From Octopus sinensis (Eukaryota), in contig NC_042997.1 in NCBI RefSeq assembly GCF_006345805.1, positions 31,868,001 through 31,932,000 of the forward strand: 64,000 bases of DNA, in the 5' to 3' direction. Position numbers and translations under genes: made by a program. Positions 50,333 through 61,162 of the stretch are shown piece after piece. The stretch's first letter is position 1. Each line of letters starts with the position of its first letter. A model generated the notes under the pieces. The model was not told where the DNA came from. It did no database searches and worked only from the letters and a program-made list of their open reading frames with translations.

Positions 50333-52319
50333 AATATATATATTCATACACATACATAATGAGCTTTTTTTCCAGCTTGCCTTTTCCAGCTTGCATCTAC
50401 TAAACCTTCTCAACAAGAGTTAACATAGGGCTATAGCAGAAGACACTTGCCAAAAGTGCCATCATGCATTGGCACTGAACCCAAAACCATGTTGTTAGGG
50501 AGCAAACTTCTTAATCACACAGCCTTTCCTACATGTTTTATATATAAATATTTATGCTTCTGCTCAAGTTTCATTCGCTGCATGTAAAAGATTATCGTAG
50601 AACTTGAAACTTGAGCTATGACGTAAATGTATGATAACAGTAGCTGTATTTGAGAAAGATTAGAAAGAAAAAAAAAAACACTCTTCCCACAACTAAGACA
50701 TCACATTGCATTATAAATATTCTGTTTTCTGCTGTACTAGTTAAAATATATAAACCAATGTTACAATTTATATGCCAACATGAGTTGAATAGTATACTAC
50801 ACATTTTTGTAATTGTTTTGATACCACACCTTTATACGCCTCTGTATGCGTATGTAGTTTACCGAATTAACATGTTTCATAAGACTATATAAATGACTAC
50901 TAATTTTCTATCAACTTAGGATGCCTTTACATGGTCATTTAACCTGCTAGAAATAGCAGTTGAAATCTCAAACAATGCAATATTCTTGAAAAGTAGGGCA
51001 CATTAGATGATATTAACCTAGATACCCACTAAAAGAAATTGAAGGTAGACATGGTTTGGAATGTCTTATAGGTCTGCTTAGTAAGGGTTGACTGGGGGCT
51101 AAAATAACCACCTTTTCTTATTCATCACTCTTGTTTTTCTGATGCAAATTTCTTTGTTTGGTAGAAAAGACTGCACTTTGTATGGAAATTTGTATATATA
51201 GTTTTAATTCATCTCAGACATTTGGAATTCAATAGTGGGTAGTGAATTAAATATCTGAAGAGTTCAACACTACTGTTTATCATTCCACAGTTCTGGTAAT
51301 GACGATGATAATTTCTAACATTAGTACAAAGCCAGAAATTTGTTGGGTAGGATTAGTCAATGCAATCAATATTTGATTGGTATCAAGCCAGTGAAATGGC
51401 AGAATTGTTAGCATTCCGGGCAAAATGTTTAGCAGGATTTTGTCCATCTTTACATTCTGAGTTCAAATTCCACCAATGTCATCTTTGCTTTTTATCCTTC
51501 CAGACTCGATAAAATAAGTACCAGCTGAACTCTGATGTCCGCATAATTGCCTTAAACCCCCTCCTCCCAAAATTGCTGGTCTTGTACCAAGATTTGAAAC
51601 CAATATTTGATTAGTACTTTATTGACCCTGGAAGGATTGAAAGGTCTGGATGGGATTTGAACTCAAAACAATAAGGGCTCTAACTTCATACTGTAAAACA
51701 TTTCTAACACTGATAAAAATCCAAGAATATATAATGAGGAAAATTTTAGACAACTTTATATAAATGAGGAAAGTTTTAGGCAACTTAATTGATTTCATTA
51801 CATGGTTAGTTACTATTTTAATTAGCCCTTGGAATGATAAATGGTGTGAACACTATGTAAAGAGCTGAGAGTAAAAAAAAAGGCAGAGCACTTAGTCCAG
51901 AAACCTTACAATCTCTGCCCTCCAGCTGATGACAATAAGGTAGTGAATTGGCAGTCAGTAGAGCATTGGTAATATCCCTTGAGGTACTTGTTTTAGTCTT
52001 CTGTACTCCAAGTTCAAATCATGCCAAGGTCAACTTTGCCTTTTATCTTTTTATGAGGCCAATAAAGTGCCAATCAAATACTGGGATCTATTCTCCAAAT
52101 CTGCTGTATTGCCCTAGGTGAGGGGCAACAGAATCTCTTTCTCTCAAAATGAATAATAGGTGAGTGAAAAGCTTATGGCCTCATCTTCTAGAGAAACAAA
52201 TGATATACTGCAGGAACTATTAAAGGATGGACTGATGTGCAGTTGAGCTTAGAACAGAAATGAAGAAGACTGATAAGGATAATATTAGTAATAATAGACT
52301 TATACAGGATTTGGCTTAA

Positions 52320-52539
52320 CCCTTTAGTGTTCAGATTATTCTGTTAAATGTAATATTTTTTCACTCAAATTGTTTTGAATTAATCATGCATTATCTTATA
52401 GCTTTGATGTTTCAGTGATGTGATTGTTTATTTTAAGAATGTCAATGTAGGTTAGATGGGAAAGGCTGGATCTGGCCAGTTTGAATATACAACATGTGGA
52501 ATATCTGGGCCAGATATGGCCAGTTTAAACACTAAAGGG
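52320..52539. mobile_element. piggyBac-like MITE, second family
   Basis: TTAA|CCCTTTAGTGTT ... AACACTAAAGGG|TCAA. Confidence 0.7.
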
Positions 52540-52962
52540 TCAAGTCATGCCTAACATAATGTATTAATAATTTCTAACTTAGGACTAAGGTTATAAATAC
52601 ATAGTCAACTGAATTGATCCTAGCACACCACTGGTACTAATTTAATATTATCAAGCCGAGCAGAATTTAAACTGAGAACATTGAGCAGTCATTTCTAACA
52701 TTTGGGCAAATTCAGAAATGTATCCAAGAGTACTTAGTCATCTTAATTGAGATCAGTACATGGTTAGTATCTGTTTTAATTAACCTTGTGATGATTCTTA
52801 GTCAACCCCCAACTGGATTTGTACTCAATGTAAAGATATATAAGTAAATAGCATATTTAGTCTGATTCCTTAGCGTTTATAGCACCCTGTTGATGACCTA
52901 AGACAATGAACTGACAGTCACCGGGGCATTGGTTTGCATTCACCAAGATGTTAAGACATTAA

Positions 52963-53194
52963 GGCGGCGAGCTGGCAGAAACGTTAGCATGCCGGGCAAA
53001 ATGCTTAGCAGAATTTCGTCTGCCATTACGTTCTGAGTTCAAATTCCGCCAAGGTCGACTTTGCCTTTCATCCTTTCGGGGTCGATAAATTAAGTACCAT
53101 TTTTCGCACTGGAGTTGATGTAATCAACTTAATCCCTTTGTCTGTCCTTGTTTGCCCCCTCTATGTTTAGCCCCTTGTAGGCAATAAAGAAATA
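52963..53194 (+). mobile_element. SINE family A, full length
   Basis: GGCGGCGAGCTGGCAGAAACGTTAGC head, TTGCCTTTCATCCTTTCGGGGTCGATAAATTAAGTACC core (Meta/MESC-like by recall), CAATAAAGAAATA end. Confidence 0.92.
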
Positions 53195-54286
53195 AGATGT
53201 TAAAGCATTGGACAAGATACATTATGATTATGTGTTCAGAGCTTTGCCTCCTAAGCTCAAATTGTGTCTAGGTGCCAGTAGCATTAGATTGCTCTGTACA
53301 ATTAGCCAGCATCAACATGTAGGTCTATAAGCAAAATGGCTGAGCCGGCAATAGCATATTGAAGTTTTCATTCTCCACTGAACCTAACTACATTTAGCAT
53401 GTCGCTCTGAGTCAAAAGTTCAAATCTCACCATAGCTGAATTTACCTTCATCATATTTCCCATGGTCGATTAATCAAATGCAAGTTGCATACTGAAATCG
53501 CCATGAACTATTCCAATTTATTCCTATTTTTGTATCACAAAATTTATCCTTAAAATGTAAATGTATGGTGTGTGTGGAGAAAGAGATTGGTCGATAAAGA
53601 ATGGTAACTTGCGTAAAATAATATTTCCAGATTGTCCACTTGTATTACATTCCTGTCAATAATGTCTAAGACCTTCATTTAGCTAGATTAATCTTTTTCT
53701 TTTGCATCAATTCATATGAAGCCAATGCTATTGAAAGGTATCAGACTTTTTTATCTAACCAAATAGACGCATATTTATTTTGGGCGGAATTGTTAGTCTG
53801 ACAATATTCCTTAAGATATTTAATGGCAAGTATTTTTTTTACAATATGAGGTTGATTTTTACCATTGGGTTTGACTATGCCTTTTGTCCTTCTGGAGTCC
53901 ATAAAATGACCTGTCAAATACTGAGGTTGATAGTTGACTGTCCTGTTCCACACAACATTTGTTGACTTGTACCTATGTTAGAAATTATTATTAGCACTAT
54001 TGTCACTGAATACTTGGTTTTGGGACTTACTTCTGCTACATTTTGACAATAACATTGATTTAATTTTTATCAAGGCCTTGAAGGAGAGAAAAATTACTCA
54101 TTTTATACTGTGTCCCAAAATTCTTTGAGATAGATTTTTGTATGGGTGGAGGCTCCTGTCATCAACCCTCCTCTGTTTCCATGTAGGGCAGTATTTCCCC
54201 ATATCCAGACATGGTTTTCACAGGAGATTGGAAATAAACGACATTACTTGTATACATACTTTACAACTACCATACAATATCAAGGG

Positions 54287-54326
<40 letters not shown>

Positions 54327-54776
54327 TGTATAATGCCATTCTTTCAACTTCTTTGTAACAAATCCACTCACAAGGCTGTAGCCAGTCCAGGGCTATAGCA
54401 GAAGACCCTCAGATACCTGTTGACAATGCAGGTTCTCTGCATTGCAATGGGTTTAGATGAGTTTACATGGGTTGAATGGAGTTTGAGGCAGATTTTCTAC
54501 AGCGGGATGTCAACAACCCATGCCTGTTTCCAAGCAAGGTAATATTACCCCATGATCAGACATGTTTTTACAGAATATTGGAAATAGATGGCACTGCTTG
54601 TATGACAGTGACACTCATTTACAACTATCATGTGATGTCAAGACAAGTCATACAAATATTCTCATACTTATCCATCTATACCCTATGCACACACATACAA
54701 GCTCTCAGTTTCTGTCTACCACCATATCCACTCTCAATGCTTTTGTCTGTTCACAGTTATAGTAAAAGACACTTAA

Positions 54777-54997
54777 CCCTTTCGTTACCAACCCGGCTGA
54801 AACCGGCTCTGGCTCTGTAGTACAAATGTCTTGTTTTCATAAGTTTTGAATTAAAATCTTCCACCAAACCTTAGTCACAATTTATGTTCCTAATACTAGC
54901 TGAATGATAACTAAGTTATTTTACTAAATTCTTTGTTATATTTAAAGTAACTGAAAGAAACACAGAGCATCTTAAAATAAATACAGTAACGAAAGGG
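54777..54997. mobile_element. piggyBac-like MITE inserted in a decayed SINE
   Basis: Perfect TTAA TSDs (54773-76 and 54998-55001) and TIR CCCTTTCGTTAC. Confidence 0.9.
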
Positions 54998-55067
54998 TTA
55001 ACCAAGGTGCCATGCAATGGAACTAAACCAAAAACCATGTGATTGAGAAGCAAACTGCTCAGTCATG

Positions 55068-55106
<39 letters not shown>

Positions 55107-55498
55107 GCATGCACATATCTAGATAATGCAAATGGCAGTGTGAGTGTATGCTGGCTATGATAAAGCAAATGTTAGTTGATATCATCAAGCTAATTAACCC
55201 AATTAACATGGTATTTCCAACTTCCAAAAGAGAAGATCACATGCTCTTAACAGTGAAGCGTTTTAGTCATAGACTCAGCATAGCTTTAGTGACAAGGATA
55301 GTGGTTGTCTTGTATCTTATCAACCTAGGCTATCTATACTCACAGTAATACTTACATAATAAGGTCTAACATAAACATTGGCCTGCAAATATTTTGGAGA
55401 AAATATATAACTATTGTTATATATTGGTGTAGGGCTACACAATTTTGAAGAAGATACAGTTGATTTAATCAGTCACCATTTCCAGACTGGTGTATATA

Positions 55499-55703
55499 CT
55501 CTTTACTCTTTTACTTGTTTCAGTCATTTGACTGCGGCCATGCTGGAGCACCGCCTTTAGTCGAGCAAATCGACCCTGGGACTTATTCTTTGTAGGCCCA
55601 GTACTTATTCTATCGGTCTCTTTTTGCCGAACCGCTAAGTGACGGGAACGTAAACACACCAGCATCGGTTGTCAAGCAATGCTAGGGGGACAAACACAGA
55701 CAA

Positions 55704-55736
<33 letters not shown>

Positions 55737-55899
55737 CGACAGGCTTCTTTCAGTTTCCATCTACCAAATCCACTCACAAGGCATTGGTCGGCCCGCGGCT
55801 ATAGCAGAAGACACTTGCCCAAGATGCCGCGCAGTGGGACTGAACCCGGAACCATGTGGTTGGTTAGCAAGCTACTTACCACACAGCCACTCCTTTGCC
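55499..55899 (-). mobile_element. SINE family B
   Basis: Reverse complement of the consensus, CpGs largely intact. Confidence 0.9.
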
Positions 55900-57404
55900 T
55901 ATGTTATGGAACACAAAACAATGAAATGCAAAGTCTAGACTGTAGGGATTTTGGTATCAAGAAATAATGATATCTAGTTTTTGCATAAGGCTATGAAAGT
56001 AGATATTGATTTTAATATCAGTACTTGAATGACTTTTTTTTTCTTTTTTTGGCAAGCCAACAAAAGAACCTATATGCAGTCATTTAACATGCTAGAAATA
56101 ACAACCGATTTCCCTCAAATTGCACTCTGCTGTTTTCCAGTTGGAAGAATCTATTGGACAATGAACTAAAAAAAGCTAGCAATCCTTTCATTATAGGCCT
56201 GCTTAATCAGGGCTGGCTTGGTGTTAAACAGGTGTAACAACTTGCACTATATATCATCATTTTAGTGTTTACTTGTCCATGCTTGCCATCAAACAGTTTG
56301 AGGTAAATTTTCTGTGGGCGAATGACCTTCAAATTGCCAATCCACGTGTGTGTGTGTGTGTACTGTGCAAATTAAGGGCTACTTGCTCGCAGAATCGTTG
56401 ATTAGGGCATGAGAAAGGATACCTTGTAATGTTTCTTCCAGTTATTTGTTCTGCCTAAATCAGAAATAATTATTTTGTACAAGTTACCTGATATTCCACA
56501 TTTCACCTAACTCTCCCAAGATGCTTTGGCAACTTTTCTACCCGATGTTTTTAGTTATGCTTCCTCACTTTTGGTGCATATAAAAAATAAAAAAAAAGAC
56601 TTTTTGGCAACCCAAATTATTAATGTAGGAAGTAAAAATAGCGAGTATTTTTCTTGCCTGCCTGGTATGACTGATAGCATAAAGCTGATTTTTCAGCAAA
56701 GGCACATACTGATATCATAACTGGGTGTGAACTTAAATTTGTGACGTTTTAAAACTAGTCATTCCCGTCTAACAAAACAGTTTGACATTTGGTATTATTG
56801 TTATGATAATGATTTTTTTTAAGTAAGTACAAAACAATTTAAGATAGGGAGGGGCTCGGTTGATTTAATCGGGCCCAATCCCGGAATGATGAAAGATAAG
56901 CGACTGGAGTTGACACCGGACGTAACCGAATACCGAAAGGCATTTTATCTGATGTTCGTTCGAATAGTTTGTAACGTTATGAAAGGCCCTCAAATCTCGA
57001 GAAGAGGATATTAGTCGATTAAATCAACCCTAGACTTTGGTTGATATTTTATTTTATCGATCATTGAAAAATGAAAGACAAAGTCTCTCTGGTGAAACCC
57101 GAAGGAGTCTTAACTTAATATCGCAAGACAATTTGTCTGCCGTTCTGCTAGTCAGCTGCATTGATGACGAAGTCCTGAATTGATTGACATAAAATTACAA
57201 ATCTTTAAGAGACGAGAAAATGAAATAAAGGTGTTGTAATGTCCATGCTTTATCAGAGACATTTGCCGTTTAATTCAAATGTAATGACCACAACACTAAA
57301 TATTGGTTTCCGAAAAGAAAAAAGCACAAAATCTTAATACGTTCTTCTTAGTTGGACATCAGTTAAGACAGCTGACTTCTTTCACTTGCAAATGTCTTTG
57401 TAAT

Positions 57405-57590
57405 ACGGTATTCCGTTACATTCTGAGTTCAAATTCCACCGAGGTCGACTTTGCCTTTCATCCTTTCGGGGTCGATTAAATAAGTACCAGTTACGCACTG
57501 GGGTCGATATAATCGACTTAATACCTATGCCTGTCCTTGTTTGTACCCTCTATGTTTAGCCCCTTGAGGGTAATAAAGAAATAGGTATTT
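57405..57590 (+). mobile_element. SINE family A, 5'-truncated
   Basis: Core and tail match; ends AAAGAAATAGGTATTT. Confidence 0.88.
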
Positions 57591-58397
57591 ATAAAATGGT
57601 AGGATACAACAATAAAATATTTGCTATAGAATTAACTGATATAGCATTAGATAATTTAATAAACAAGTCTTCGGTGCCACACCAGTGCTAATACGTTTTT
57701 TAGCCACCCAATCAAAATTTGTTGAATAAACCTATTAACACACCTATTTCTAGAGATATTCATCCAATAAGTCTGGTTTAAGATGGGGGGTGTCTGTTTG
57801 GGGAGGATTTGACTACTGCTTCTTGTTGATCGAGCGATCTTTGTTAGCTCGAAAACCCTTTAATATTGGCGATGTGGGGATGGTGTTTTATTTCCCATCT
57901 TCGTTTTATTGATGTAGGGGGAAGTGGCGTTACCGAGTGTCGAAATCGAAACCTAATCGCTGAATCATCATGGTAATGGATTTACATGATAAATGCATGG
58001 ATGCTTCCACGTGGTTGTCACTCGATCTTTAGAAATAGCAGCAAAATCTCTCTTAGATTACACTCAGCAGTCTTTTTCTATGTGTGGGTGAGGGTCATTG
58101 GATAATTTGAAACATTGACAGAAAAGAACAAGATGGTCATGGTTAGAGCGCCTTTGATCACAGACTGCTTGATCAGTGCAAGCATGGAACTGAACATCAA
58201 CAGCATCAAATCTATTTTCCCCCAAAAGGTGATGGGGGGAAAAACGCGAAAAGAACCTTTTCACTGTCCTCTGTTCTTTCAAAATAACTCCTACCTCCAC
58301 CACGACTGCTGCTATTGATATCGTCTCTAATGTCATCCTCATGTTATAAAGTCAACCTCATTTTCTCTCTCTCTCTCGATATAGATATATATATTTA

Positions 58398-58457
<60 letters not shown>

Positions 58458-60750
58458 TACATACATACATACACACACACACTAAAATGGTACATTGTTT
58501 GACCTACATTTTCAGTCTGTTCCAAATACTCATGTTGTTAGAACTGAAATTAGAACATCCCGAGATAAATTCAAGATATTAAAGCAAGAAAAGTATTAAA
58601 TTTCTAGAATAATAAAAAATATATATAACGTAATGCTAAATGCTTTCTTTCACAAATTTTTGGGATGGGAGGACCCACCTGCTAGTGGCTTTGAACTCAG
58701 AACGTAATGGGTACATTAACTAAATACCATAAGGTACTTTGCACCATGTTGTAAATATTCTGCTAATTCACTTCTGCAGGACTGAGTAATATCAAAAATA
58801 TATTTACGTGGGGGATATTAAAATAGTGTGCATTTTATTTGTTCTGTATTATTACTCGACCATAATATAACAGCCTTCATTTCAATATACAATCAAGTCC
58901 AATAACAAAAGATGAGGGTATGTTTTTTTTTTTTCGCTATGACATGATTCTTTCACTAATAGATAGTGAAAAGTTCAAACTAAAAAGGAAACGGAGGTTG
59001 AAACTGCACAACTGCGAGAAAAATTCATTGAAAGAATAATTACAATTACTTATACAATGTGGTATTTCCTTTTTTTTTTTGTGTATGTTTAAAGATAAGG
59101 TATGATTTGAGAAGAGACTAGGCTGCTATTTCTAGCAAGTTGTGCGAGCACGTAGTAGCTTCCTCGTATGCTCCTTTAAAATCTCTTTAGCCTTTTGTTT
59201 GGGTTGATTAAAAGCTTTTCAACCGTTTTAATTTTTGTTTATTTATATGACTATAGCCAAAATGACCTTACGACTGTATGATTTGAAGGGGATTTAAATA
59301 TATTTTTTTCTATCAGGCTGAGTGACCACACACACAGCAGTTATTTCATGTTACGTTGCTTTTAATCTTATCACTTTCCAAAGGTTTAATTATACTTGGA
59401 AGCAGTCTACTAAATAAATACCAAAGAAAAGATGGTCTTAAAGGGGAGAATTAAATTTAATTATCAAGAAAAGCGACACTACTAATTCAGATATTCTGTG
59501 TGGTACTTGACAATAAACTAATTAGCTGACATTGTTTTGACAAAGAAGGTACACCGATAAAATAAAATAAATTGATGAGCTTACTTATCTTAAAATTAAT
59601 CATTATTAAGCCTTTTTTTAATGTCATATATTATCTATATTAGAAATTATCTTTTCGGGGTCGATAAAACAATGTACCTGTTAACACTAAGTCGATTTAA
59701 TGGGCTGTTTTCCACCCGTAATTTTACCGTTTTCTTCCCTGGAATTTGCAATGGGGTACCTGTGTTAGAAATCACTCTTAAATACATTTTAATTTTTCTC
59801 GTTTTAATGTTTGTCATATGCGTCTGTGATATTTACGAAACTATATTTCTGAAAGTCAGTGCGCCCGTGCTTCCTGGGGAGAGCAAGCGAGCGAGTGAGT
59901 GAGTTTTTTTTTCTTCCCCGAATTAGGTCAAGAATGCCGCAATGGTATCTCTTTCTCTGAGTGTGCGGGTGAAATATTCTATGTATGTATGTATGTAGTA
60001 GATATAAATATAGGAACACAAATACAAAGCGGCATCCAGTTTGGCTGCTGATGAAAAAAGTGTCGGAGTATAAAATCGCATAAAGCCAGGAAATTCATTT
60101 TTTAAAAATTCTATTTTATTAAAGTTGTGTGAACGTCACAGATGGCCGAATTTCTTTACAATAAAATAAAACTCTAGCTTTCAGGGTGTACATGTGTGTG
60201 TGTATTGATTTATTAAGGAGCTAAGTATGTATATTGAAGAGTATAAATTATATATTTTAGAGGTGGTGGGGAGCAGTAGATAATAAGGCACAGGAACAAT
60301 GTTTTATTTAGCAGTATAAAATCAATCGACTAATTATTTTACTGATACTTTATCGATCCCGGCTGCATTTGAAAACTGAATTGACAGGAAATAATTGAGA
60401 GAACGTTCTCTTTTCTCTGCCATTTTTAGCGATCTTTAAGTGGGGTAGAAGCTGGGTATAGAAGCCATGTACATATTAAACTAACTGAACCTGTTATGAC
60501 ACCCGCATTTCTTTCTTTCGTTCTTTCTATTTATTTTTTTTTTTTTGTATGTTCAACAAGTCCTCATTTAATAACCAATGCAAGCACGTATACTCAGGAT
60601 AATATACAATCGCAGAAAGGCGAGTGAGTGATGGGCAAGATAGCACCCACAGGCACTGCAAAAAAACAAAAACACACAACACACATAGGCGAAATATGTT
60701 TTTATTACGACTCATAAAAAAAATTCTGTAATTACAAACTTGTATATATT

Positions 60751-61162
60751 CTCTCTTTTACTCTTTTACTTGTTTCAGTCATTTGACTGCGGCCATGCTG
60801 GAGCACCACCTTTAATCGAGCAACTCGACCCCGGGACTTATTCTTTTGTAAGCCCAGTACTTATTCTATCGGTCTCTTTTGCCGAACCGCTAAGTAACGG
60901 GGACATAAACACACCAGCATCGGTTGTCAAGCAATGCTAGGGGGACAAACACAGACACACAAACACACACACGCATACATATATATATATACATATATAC
61001 GACGGGCTTCTTTCAGTTTCCGTCTACCAAATCCACTCACAAGGCATTGGTCGGCCCGAGGCTATAGTAGAAGACACTTGCCCAAGATGCCACGCAGTGG
61101 GACTGAACCCGGAATCATGTGGTTGGTAAACAAGCTACATACCACACAGCCACTCCTGCGCC
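60751..61162 (-). mobile_element. SINE family B, full length
   Basis: Reverse complement of the consensus. Confidence 0.92.

Noticed and set aside
56487-56560. HMG-box-like ELGEMWN on the minus strand with a donor site
   Set aside because: In-frame stop a few codons upstream, and the next acceptor would give an implausible 33-nt intron.
58064-58342. 92-aa minus-strand ORF with His/Cys residues
   Set aside because: No recognisable domain or consistent splice structure; noted only as unexplained sequence.
60028-60095. CTGATGA...GAAA as a hammerhead core
   Set aside because: No stem II can form directly after CUGAUGA and the spacing to GAAA is wrong.
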